DNA of 64,000 bases from Tetramitus jugosus (Eukaryota > Protista > Heterolobosea). Of the stretch, positions 23,901 to 33,645 are shown piece after piece. Where the stretch lies: the NCBI GenBank assembly GCA_937625935.1, contig OW569345.1, positions 496,001 through 560,000 of the forward strand, read 5' to 3'. Every line of letters begins with the position of its first letter. Position 1 is the first letter of the stretch. The notes under the pieces are model-generated. The model was not told the DNA's origin. It saw nothing but the letters and a program-made list of their open reading frames with translations, and made no database searches. The position numbers were made by a program, and so were the translations under genes.

Positions 23901-24985
23901 TCTTAATATTTCCTCCAATCGTTGAATCAACACAGTTAAAAACTCGTCTGAGTACTCTTGTCCTTTCCATGACCGACCACTGCTATGGGGCCACTCATTC
24001 TTTGTTAACTTGAGCACGGAACGAGACCATTCGTAGCATAACTCAAGAGATCTCTCCAGAGTGGCCTTTACAACCGTATAGCGATCACTCCACATATTTA
24101 ATTCTTCACATTTCAATTGCACAAAACGACCAATGCTGCTCGAGATCGTCGCCAGCAAATGACTCATTCTTTTTTGGGAATAAGACTCAACATCCAACCA
24201 AATAATGTCCAACACATCCACCACCTTTTCAATGAATGAAGGATCGCCATTGAGAACATCTTCCAGCTTTCTCTGACCCAAAGAATCAAACTCATCATGC
24301 AAAAGGGTAGGTTTCACGATTGCCGTGATTGATTGCCCTAACTTGTTCAATCGATCCATTTGATTGCCTGCTACATCATACCAATAAAAAAATTCCTCTT
24401 GTGGTGTTAAAAAGTACAAATGATCTTCAGATGTTGTGCTTGTTTTTTCCTTTGCCACAAACGAGATCAGACCAGATTCGAGCTCCGACAACAAATTTTG
24501 CAACATGGGATTGTCCTGAGGGTTCTGTTGAAGAAGAGGACCATAGACATGCTTGATACTGGTTAAAAGGTTGGATCCAGGTGAAGATTGATTCACTAAC
24601 ATCGAACTTATTTTCACAGGATTTTTAGGTGAGTAGGGTTCTGGCTTCGATTTGATAAAGTGAATCTCTTGCACGGCATCTGGAGGGAATGAGATGGAAT
24701 TTTGACAATGAAGCTACGTTTAAGGGCAGAGTAAATTGCGAATGAGCACTTTTGGGTTGAATTTCGAGGGAGGGAGAAACATACCGCATTGTCTTGTGTT
24801 TGATATACCTCCAACAACATGCAGTTTCCACTATTGATAAAAGCTTGAATACTGTCATCAGAAGTGAGCAGCACCGTATTTGACTTGACGACATGATCTC
24901 CGAATGCACATCGAATCCAATTAAGAATTTGATTGAGGAATTGATCATAGTCCATGTTTTCTATTCCTCTCGTGCTTTCTTTCAT
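11907..24985 (-). CDS. DYNC2H1: cytoplasmic dynein 2 heavy chain (retrograde IFT dynein), 2 exons
   Basis: P-loops GPAGTGKT, GPSGSGKG, GPEGCGKN, GRPGTGRK; WLCLKNLHLV; YGGRIDN. Exon 1 (start 24985 or 24955) joins the long ORF in frame via a 71-nt intron 24784-24714 (GTATGT...TAG). Confidence 0.93.
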
Positions 24986-25259
24986 CTTGTTTGGAGGAGT
25001 TTTAGTGAACAAGGTCCGTAGTCGACGGTTGCCGCCACCTACACTCCGCTAAGAAGAGAATCTCAGATCAAACCAACACACACGGATCCACTGACAACCC
25101 ACCGAGAGTGTTCGGAGTTGATACGACTCTAAACGCTCACATCCAAGCTAGGCTGGAGATACGATGTCATGTATTGTTTTGGTATTTTTCCTCGAATACA
25201 AAAATAGTATTCCAGATTGTTGGTTGATAATCAGTTTCCCACAATCAAAATCAATCCAC

Positions 25260-26302
25260 ATGAAGAAAGTTTGGAATGAAAGAATCGATAATTGGTTGAG
25301 AGTGGATAACGATCATACAAAGGATATTCTCAATAGCCCATGTAGTCCCTCAAGTCCACTGTCCTCCAAACCAAAGAACCAAACGCCGCGGGAGTCCAAA
25401 TTCTTTTATTTGATGAAAACCCTCACTCAAAATGTTGTGTTATTGTTTGATGATTGGGTTCTCTTTCCCTCTGTTAACTGCTATTTAGAGAATGAACAAA
25501 CATTGAACATCCTAGCTCTCCTTTTACTGAATGGTCTCCAGATTAGTTATGTATTTCTTGGATCTGGCTTGTATGTGGTGTTGTCTGCATTGATGACTAT
25601 CTTTAGTCTGTGGAACGCATACAATTTGTTCACGACTTCCAAGACATACCAAATTATCAGGGATCGACACAGTTGTACTCCTACTTCTGTGAAGAGATTG
25701 AAGTTGAGTAGAATTAATCATGATACTGACGAACAATTAGGATCGCGATACAACATATGGGAAGCTCACATGTGGAATTATTCTGAACTTCAGAAATTAT
25801 TGTTTTGGTAAGTTGTCTTTCGTTTTTTCGCTGTCCACTCTCCATGTTCTGTCGTTTACACTACATTAGCTACTTTTCACCTTTTCAAACTTTAGGGTTG
25901 ACCATTACCACCGCAACTAAAGGGATTCTGTTCTTAAAGCTCGTAATTCTTCTCGTGTGTTATCTTCAAGCGTATATGTTAACTCAATTGTTTTCAAAGT
26001 TTGAAATGAAACAGGATATTAAAGATTTAATTCAGGGAGAAGTTCTGAAGGAACAAATGCTCATGTGCAACAAAATATGGTACTCCGCGAACAAAGTTCT
26101 TACTCGAAGGTCATTAGCCATGACGCCAATGCCTGAAAACCTGTTTGATGATGAGAACAGCAGGCAAGTCATGGAAGAATTAATTCCCAGTGCCCCAACA
26201 CTTCAACAGGAAGAAAGACAAGAAAAGACACGCGACATCTATCCCATTGCAATGATGATTGCATCATCACCACGAGACCGGCAAGGTAGAGTAACCATCT
26301 AA
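25260..26302 (+). CDS. Nur1/Mug154 (DUF2418)-like nuclear-rim membrane protein, 2 exons
   Basis: Intron 25808-25869 (GTAAGT...TAG) gives NAYNLF..K.Y...TP.S...WE..MW...LLFCYFSP and later KDLIQGEV; motif order as I recall for Nur1/Mug154. Confidence 0.6.
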
Positions 26303-26332
26303 ACAGTGAATGTTATGAATCACGAACAGCGT

Positions 26333-27532
26333 TTACTTCTTTTGTTTCTTTGCGCTCTTCTCATTAACGTCGGATGCCTTACGCTTTCCAAGTTTCACAG
26401 CAGTGGCACCAGTCTTGGAAGATTCAGACTTTGAGGTAGCAGCAGTGGTTGAAGCAGTCTTCTTCAACTCGCTGGACAGAGCACCACAATCCAAAATCTT
26501 AACGTCAGCAGACACATCACCCTCGTCGTCACCAAGCTTCTCAACTCTTCTCACAACGTTCATACCGTCGACAACTTCACCAAACACAACATGCTTGCCA
26601 TCTAACCAGTCAGTCACAACAGTAGTGATAAAGAATTGAGATCCGTTGGTATGTGGTCCAGAGTTGGCCATAGACAAGAGACCAGGCTTTGTATGCTTCT
26701 TCTTAAAGTTCTCATCCTTGAACGTAGTTCCATAGATTGAAACACCACCAGTGCCATCACCATTGGTAATATCACCACCTTGGAGCATAAAGTCAGGGAT
26801 GACTCTGTGGAATGGACTGTTCTTGTATGTAAGCTTCTGCTTGTTATCACCAGTGCAAATAGCTCTAAAATTGGCAGCAGTCTTTGGCACAACATCATCG
26901 TACAACTTCATGGTAACTCTTCCAATTTTCTTTCCGTTGACACCAATATCGAAAAAGAGCAATTCATTTGCGTTGCTCTTGGCAACAGTGGAGGATGCTT
27001 CAGCAGGAGCAGCAGCAGCAGCAGGCTTCTTCTCACCACAATCCACAATCTTTACAGTTTGCTTTGTCTTTCCAGAAGTGGAACCAAGGCCTTCCATCTT
27101 CTTCACAATATTCTGTCCACTAATCACCTTACCGAACACAACATGAACACCATCCAACCAGGAAGTTTTTGCAGTTGTGATAAAGAATTGAGATCCATTG
27201 GTGTTTGGTCCAGAGTTGGCCATGGACAGCAAGAATGGCTCTGTGTGCTTGAGTTTAAAGTTCTCGTCGGCGAATTTAGCACCATAAATAGATTTGCCAC
27301 CAGTTCCGTTGCCCTTGGTGAAATCACCACCTTGACACATAAACTTTGGAATAATTCTGTGGAAGATGCTGTTCTTGAAGTGAAGTCCCTTCTTCTCACC
27401 AGTGCAGAGTTGACGAAAGTTTTCTGCAGTCTTTGGGACGACGTCAGCACGGAGTTCAAACTCGATGCGTTCAGCTGGTTTACCACCGATGGAAACGTCG
27501 AAAAAAACGATTGGGTTGGACTTTTTGCTCAT
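26333..27532 (-). CDS. tandem two-domain cyclophilin PPIase with basic C-terminal tail
   Basis: Two full domains ([15 protein letters not shown]...[10 protein letters not shown] and [15 protein letters not shown]...[10 protein letters not shown]), Ala-rich linker, tail [17 protein letters not shown]. Confidence 0.93.
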   Translation of the reverse strand: MSKKSNPIVFFDVSIGGKPAERIEFELRADVVPKTAENFRQLCTGEKKGLHFKNSIFHRIIPKFMCQGGDFTKGNGTGGKSIYGAKFADENFKLKHTEPFLLSMANSGPNTNGSQFFITTAKTSWLDGVHVVFGKVISGQNIVKKMEGLGSTSGKTKQTVKIVDCGEKKPAAAAAPAEASSTVAKSNANELLFFDIGVNGKKIGRVTMKLYDDVVPKTAANFRAICTGDNKQKLTYKNSPFHRVIPDFMLQGGDITNGDGTGGVSIYGTTFKDENFKKKHTKPGLLSMANSGPHTNGSQFFITTVVTDWLDGKHVVFGEVVDGMNVVRRVEKLGDDEGDVSADVKILDCGALSSELKKTASTTAATSKSESSKTGATAVKLGKRKASDVNEKSAKKQKK

Positions 27533-27630
27533 TTGATTTGTTTGTGGTTGTTTAGCTCTGGTTTTTGATTGTTGGGGTTAATGTTTGCTGTTTTGTGTGA
27601 AAAGGTTCAACGAATCTGATGAAGAATCAA

Positions 27631-28147
27631 TTTTTTTTCGAATACAACTGTTGCGGTTACTCTTTTGATTGTCTTTCCTGGTTATCTGTTCATTGTGTCC
27701 CGTTTCTCTTATCGCCACCAGGCCCCTAACGAGACAATGTTACACTGTTTCCTGTTCAATTTTACACTTAAGACATATCGTATCCATGTCCATATGTTGA
27801 GCAACTGCCTTTGTGAACTGTAACTTTCCACCTGAGTCACAAACCACTCCATAGCGCGATCGACTCTGAAAGGGTATCACATATATTTATAATCTCCAGC
27901 ACATATTAGACACTCCGAATATATCCATAATACCTTCTCCTCTTTCTAGCTATCTATGCTGCCGCAAGAAGACTCGCCACAACTGTTCCCTCTCCACGAC
28001 CTTAAAACTATCAGTGCACATTGGGGCAGTGACCATTGATTACTTGTATTGTCCATTCAAACTCACTTGTCAAGTACTTGTATCTGTAAGAACTAATCCA
28101 AAATTCCATGTCTTTTGACGAATTCCCTATGTCTAATTAATTCTCCA
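27631..28147 (-). mobile_element. decayed non-LTR retrotransposon fragment (ORF2 C-terminal zinc knuckle, 3' end, A8)
   Basis: Minus frame reads GKLQFTKAVAQHMDMDTICLKCKIEQETV*HCLVRG (27775-27722 = CX2CX8HX4C with a stop and C>G); 3' end GTTGTATTCG-A8 resembles the neighbouring young copy; 5' boundary approximate. Confidence 0.7.
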
Positions 28148-28159
28148 GAAAAATTCACA

Positions 28160-28323
28160 GACCCCAAAATGTTCGTTTTTTTTTTTTTTGATACAACGCG
28201 CAGTTGCTCACTTTATTGTTTATCATTCTTTCCATTATTTTTACTTATACTCATTGTGCCGCTCGCAGAGCGGCACTTGTCTTCCCTTTCAGTAACGCTC
28301 GGAGAACGACCCCAAAATGTTCG
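28160..28323 (+). repeat. 16-bp exact direct repeat GACCCCAAAATGTTCG (target-site duplication)
   Basis: Copies at 28160-28175 and 28308-28323 bracket the poly(A)-tailed insert exactly. Confidence 0.92.
28176..28307 (-). mobile_element. 5'-truncated retroposed element (LINE 3' end or SINE) with poly(A) and TSD
   Basis: T14 at 28176-28189 (A14 on minus), AATAAA (plus 28212-28217) 22 nt upstream of the tail, flanked by the 16-bp TSD. Confidence 0.85.
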
Positions 28324-28353
28324 GATTCCCTAAAATGGACAAATTTAACATCG

Positions 28354-28434
28354 GCAAGCGTTCCCGAGTGGTCAAAGGGGCTGGACTTAAGACCCAGTGC
28401 ATCAGCTTCGTGAGTTCGAACCTCACCGCTTGCA
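28354..28434 (+). tRNA. tRNA-Leu (TAA)
   Basis: Acceptor GCAAGCG/CGCTTGC-A, D-loop GAGTGGTCAAAG, anticodon loop CT-TAA-GA, variable arm, GTTCGAAC T-loop, downstream T-run terminator. Confidence 0.96.
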
Positions 28435-28494
28435 ATCATTTTTGTTTGTGGTTGTTGTTTTATTGTATTTACAGATTTGCATGGTCAAAAGACC

Positions 28495-29169
28495 TCAAAT
28501 GTCGCTGGCGAATTTGCTGATATTTCGTGTCTTGGTTTCCACATCTCTTTGTATCTCTTTCTTCTCTCCTTTTCCCTCTCTTAAACCACTCTCAAAAGCT
28601 TGTTTGCACTCAATGTAACTCAGATCAGTCTCCAATTCCTCGCTTCTTGTTAGGTGAACAGGGAAAGCGTTGTTCAGTGTATCAAAAGTTGATGCCCCCA
28701 CACCATACTCTTCTCTTCCTCTCTTCTTAGCGTCATATCCCATTCCTGATGCTCTGAACTCTCTCTTGTTAAAATCATCTGCGATGGTCTTCTTGTACAA
28801 ATTGACATTCTCAATAAACTTTTCACTTTCTCCTTTGGATGGCTCCTCCACCTCCATATCTCTTCCATAAGATTCACTCAAATTCAATCCCTCATCTGCG
28901 TAGCTGTAAATGTTTGCCTGGTCAGATCCCAACTCCTCAGCAGTGAGTTTCTTCTTAGATGTATCATTTCTCACAAAGCCTCCGAAGCCGGTTACCTCTG
29001 CTTGAGATTTTGGTCCCAAATTGTACCTCTCCTCCTTTTCTTCATCTACATCAATCTTGTCTGGTCTTTTGTCCTGTCGGATGACACTCTGAGACAAGTA
29101 TCGGATGTTTTGTGCTTTGTTCCCTTGCTTCTGTACAAATAATTGACAAATTCTTCTCAGATGACTCAT
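28495..29169 (-). CDS. hypothetical protein, probable mitochondrial presequence
   Basis: MSHLRRICQLF...IRYLSQS is Arg-rich and acid-free, followed by a charged body; start inferred. Confidence 0.6.
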   Translation of the reverse strand: MSHLRRICQLFVQKQGNKAQNIRYLSQSVIRQDKRPDKIDVDEEKEERYNLGPKSQAEVTGFGGFVRNDTSKKKLTAEELGSDQANIYSYADEGLNLSESYGRDMEVEEPSKGESEKFIENVNLYKKTIADDFNKREFRASGMGYDAKKRGREEYGVGASTFDTLNNAFPVHLTRSEELETDLSYIECKQAFESGLREGKGEKKEIQRDVETKTRNISKFASDI

Positions 29170-29408
29170 ACTTGTATGTAATTGTATTCTCAATTCAGGT
29201 AGTTGCGATCTTGAAGTTGAGAGAATTAAGCGTCGTGTTATGCGATGATGAGTGAAAAATAGCGAGGTCGCGTCAGTCAACCAAGGATATGGTGATCAAT
29301 ACTAAAAAAAATGATGATCCTCAGTCAAAAAAAGACAAGAAACTCCTTTACATTGCATTCAGGATAACGGCTCCATCAACATCTGCGAATGAGTTCCAAC
29401 ATGCACAC

Positions 29409-30192
29409 TTAGTACATGTCATCATAGGTGTTAAAGTCCTCTTTTCTTGATGCCAACTTGTAATCACTTGGCAATGTATAGTTTGACCATTGACTAGGCA
29501 ACGACGTCTGAGAGAAAATGGCACCGGTGAACGGCGTAATATCCCAATGGAGTTTAAACGTGACGCGCGTATTTCTCAAGTGATTTCCCTTGTCGACCAG
29601 CGGATACTTGTTTCTCAGATAATCCACATGCAACAGAGCACTCTCTTGTTTCTTGATAATGTGATCCCAGACCACAACATCATTCACCTCATAAGCTTCA
29701 TCATCACCACCCAACGACGTCGATGAATAGTGTGCCGTAATGTACACAAACAATTGTTTGACATTCCAGTGAAACACTGGTCTCAAATCAGCGTGCAATG
29801 AGAAGACAAAGGAAGCACGATCATTTCGAGAATAAGGCAATACGGACCTTCACACCAACAACATCACCCATCATCCAAAAAAAAACAAATTGAGAGAAAA
29901 TATTCAAGTTAGCTAACGATTTGATCTTTGATCGAACACTGCACATTTGAGTCTGATATGTTCATTGTGATGAATCAACAACAAATCAAATGAACAAAGT
30001 GATTGCCATCACACATAGATTGTTGAACAAAACTCACATTTTAACGAGAGAAGCCACAGAGAGCTTTGTGTCAATTTTTTCGGTTGGTGTAGTGAGAATG
30101 AGACTGGAGAATGTAAGTGCCAGAACCATGACTCCCAGTACAGTCAGGGAGAAGGTTGCAACTGTGCTCAAACGATTGCCCCACGTATGCAT
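29409..30192 (-). CDS. SPCS3: signal peptidase complex subunit 3 (SPC22/23), 2 exons
   Basis: Exon 1 MHTWGNRL...+TM; 190-nt intron 30037-29848 (GTGAGT...GCTAAC...AAG); exon 2 ADLRPVFHWNVKQLFVY, VVVWD.II, KYPLVD.G. Confidence 0.9.
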
Positions 30193-30915
30193 TTGTCTTT
30201 TTTTTTAGGTGGTGATTTTTCTCCTTCAAAGGATTTCTCCGATGTTCGATGAACAAAACAACACGAAATGAGCGGTTGTAATGATTTCATTGCTATCCAA
30301 CGAAACAAAGTACTGATGAAGTTGTTCCTGCAACTTAGAATGGATTTATAAAGTCATCCTCACCCAACGTTCCGATAATTCAAGGTGAGAAACAAGTTGG
30401 CAAGATTGGCGATCACCATCTATCCAACAGAGGTTGGTGTCAAATAGCTTACTGTGTAGATGATGATGCAGACCGAATGATCGAGTGCTCTGCTCAACAC
30501 CTTACTGCTGGGTCTGCTTTAAGGAGAAGGGTGAGGAGCTCATAGTCTCTGTCTGAGCTTTTCCGGGAGTCCGAGTCGCTTTCGGTATCGTAATGTTCTT
30601 GGCGTTGGCGCGTCCAACATCGAACCTCAACATTTCGTAGTCTCGCGAATACTCGCCCATCTGTCAGATGCACAATGCGTTTCGTTCGGGGTTGAAGCCA
30701 CCTCTGGGATGGATCCAAACCTCAACTAGTTGTGCTCTGGACACTGACCACCAATAAAAACACGTAAAGATCAACCCAGTGAATATCTCATTATGCAATC
30801 GGAACAACATAGTCCCTCCAATCAAAGCACAACGTCACCACAGCCGCTTGTGAAAAATCATCCCTCCGTCGTCGATTCCACAAACCACAACAACACATCA
30901 ACACCCACAAACAAC

Positions 30916-32385
30916 ATGTCTTCCGTGAGCAAGATTCTCCAAGTTTCCAACTTGAACCAAAATTTGGTCAAGGCCAAGTACGCTGTCAGAGGTCCAGTCG
31001 TCCAAAAAGCAGATCAACTCAATGCTCAATTGCAATCCAAGTCTCACAAGCTTCCATTCAATGACATTGTGTTCTGTAACATTGGTAATCCACAACAACT
31101 CAAGCAAAAGCCATTGACCTTCCACAGAGAAGTTCTCTCCTTGGTCACTGCTCCTCATTTGCTTCAATATGAGAAGGCTTTGATCAATGAATTGCACATT
31201 AAGCCTGATGTCATCAAGAGAGCAAAGACTATTCTGTCTGGTATCGATTCTGGAAGCACTGGTGCTTACACTCATTCTCAAGGCCTTCAATCCATTCGTC
31301 AAAATGTGGTCGAGTTTATCAAGAAGCGTGATCAGGACACTGATCCTGAATTTACCACTCAACACATTTTCTTGACAAATGGTGCTAGTCCTGGTGTTCA
31401 AATGGGATTGAGAGCCATGATCAGAGGACCACAAGACGGTATCATGATCCCTATTCCTCAATATCCACTGTACTCTGCTTCCATTCAAATGACTGGCGGT
31501 ACACAGGTGCCATACTTGTTGGACGAAGAGACTGGATGGTCATTGTCTGTTGAGGAACTCGAGAGACAATACAGTGCTGCCACAAAGAATGGAACCAATG
31601 TGAGAGCTTTGGTCATTATCAATCCAGGTAACCCAACTGGTCAAGTGTTGCCAAAGGACAACATGAAGGGTATTGTCGATTTTTGTCATAGAAGAAAGAT
31701 TGTCTTGTTGGCTGATGAGGTGTATCAGGAGAATGTGTACACTGAGAAGCCTTTCCACTCTTTCCACAGTATTGTGAAGGAGATGGGTCTCTCTGATAGC
31801 TTCGAAATGATCTCCTATCACTCCACCTCCAAGGGATTCTTGGGTGAGTGCGGTAGACGTGGTGGATACTTCCAATTCTCAAAGGCCATTGACCCTGATG
31901 TTCAAGATGAAATGTACAAGACTGCTTCAGTCAATCTGTGTCCTAATGTTGACGGTCAAGTCATGGTTGACTTGATGGTCAATCCACCAAGAGAAGGTGA
32001 TGACTCCTATGCTCAATACAAGCAGGAGAGAGATGACATCTTGTCATCCTTGAAGAGAAGAGCTGTCAATCTTGTTAAGAAGTTGAACAGTTTGGAAGGT
32101 GTTTCTTGCCAACAAGCAGAAGGTGCCATGTATGCTTTCCCAAGTATTACCATTCCAGACAAGGCTGTCAAGGAGGCACAAACTCTTGGTGTTGCTCCAG
32201 ATATGCTCTATGTCTTGCAATTGTTGGAGCAAACTGGTATTTGTGTTGTTCCAGGATCTGGCTTTGGTCAAAAGGATGGTACTTACCATTTCAGAACTAC
32301 TTTCTTGCCACCTGATGATAAGATTGATGCTGTCTGTGAGAGACTCGAGAAGTTCCACAATGACTTTATGACAAAGTACAAGTAA
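30916..32385 (+). CDS. GPT: alanine aminotransferase (PLP-dependent)
   Basis: YAVRG, NIGNPQ, GAY.HSQG, INPGNPTG, ADEVYQ, HSTSKG..GECG.RGGY, VPGSGFGQ. An upstream in-frame ATG at 30793 is possible. Confidence 0.92.
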   Translation: MSSVSKILQVSNLNQNLVKAKYAVRGPVVQKADQLNAQLQSKSHKLPFNDIVFCNIGNPQQLKQKPLTFHREVLSLVTAPHLLQYEKALINELHIKPDVIKRAKTILSGIDSGSTGAYTHSQGLQSIRQNVVEFIKKRDQDTDPEFTTQHIFLTNGASPGVQMGLRAMIRGPQDGIMIPIPQYPLYSASIQMTGGTQVPYLLDEETGWSLSVEELERQYSAATKNGTNVRALVIINPGNPTGQVLPKDNMKGIVDFCHRRKIVLLADEVYQENVYTEKPFHSFHSIVKEMGLSDSFEMISYHSTSKGFLGECGRRGGYFQFSKAIDPDVQDEMYKTASVNLCPNVDGQVMVDLMVNPPREGDDSYAQYKQERDDILSSLKRRAVNLVKKLNSLEGVSCQQAEGAMYAFPSITIPDKAVKEAQTLGVAPDMLYVLQLLEQTGICVVPGSGFGQKDGTYHFRTTFLPPDDKIDAVCERLEKFHNDFMTKYK

Positions 32386-32779
32386 AAAACGTGATCTGGG
32401 TTCGTTCAAACAATCTGCATTTGTCTCAACACCTGTTTGTCCTTGCAAAGATACAACACACTTTCATTCGATCATTTCCTGCCTGACCTCAGCTCACCAG
32501 GAATTCCTTCTCCATACCCACCACCATCGTTCCTTCTGCTCACCAAACAGAAGAACATCCATCTTCCATCTTCGAAATAGAACCGGTTACAACAGAAATA
32601 CGCTCAATGAGTTTTACTCCGGAGTTCCTTGCTCTATAAAAATTCGGACCAATCACGAAGCTGCAGAAAAGCAACACATAACCCACCACCGAGACCGAAA
32701 GAACACACAAGAGAGAGTACGCCATTTTAGCTGCTACATCAACCAAAAAACAAACAAACAACAACAACAACAAACAAAA

Positions 32780-33288
<509 letters not shown>

Positions 33289-33645
33289 ATTTGCTCATTC
33301 GAAACACCCACACACAAAAAAAAACATTGCTTTTTTATTCCTTTGTTTCCTCTCTGGAGAGAACAGGGACAAGAGTGGTGGAAGAAAGGAGGAATCTGGT
33401 CTGAGATGAAATGGAGACACGACTCGTGTTGCTGTCGTCATATGGAACATGGACCTTTTGAAATGGTGCTCAAACAACAAGCATTCACAGCGCGAAACAG
33501 ACACATGACGGTTGCTCTATTTCCAATGTAATCCAATAATTTGTATATAAAAAGAGACATGTTTTTTTAACGTCACAAGGATGATGCTGCAGGTATCATT
33601 TGAAGTTATTTATTGTTATCAATTGTTGTTTTGAAGGATGATCTC

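Noticed and set aside
26780-27568. Long antisense ORFs over cyclophilin, RPS3 (42397-43065), PGM2, ALT and the lectin gene
   Set aside because: In-register shadows explained by avoidance of TTA/CTA/TCA codons in highly expressed genes; no protein-like motifs.
28015-28050. IQVINGHCPN as an AP-endonuclease motif
   Set aside because: Too short, and too close to the C-terminal knuckle for ORF2 domain order.
28245-28280. GC hairpin plus CTTG as a Helitron/Helentron end
   Set aside because: It lies inside an insert with poly(A) and a 16-bp TSD, which indicates target-primed retrotransposition; Helitrons do not make such TSDs.
30485-30739. 8-bp direct repeat GTGCTCTG as a MITE TSD; TAAGGAGAAGGGTGA as SRP RNA
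   Set aside because: No terminal inverted repeats, and an 8-mer repeat is expected by chance at this span; the SRP helix-8 motif and RNase P/MRP P4 pairing are absent.
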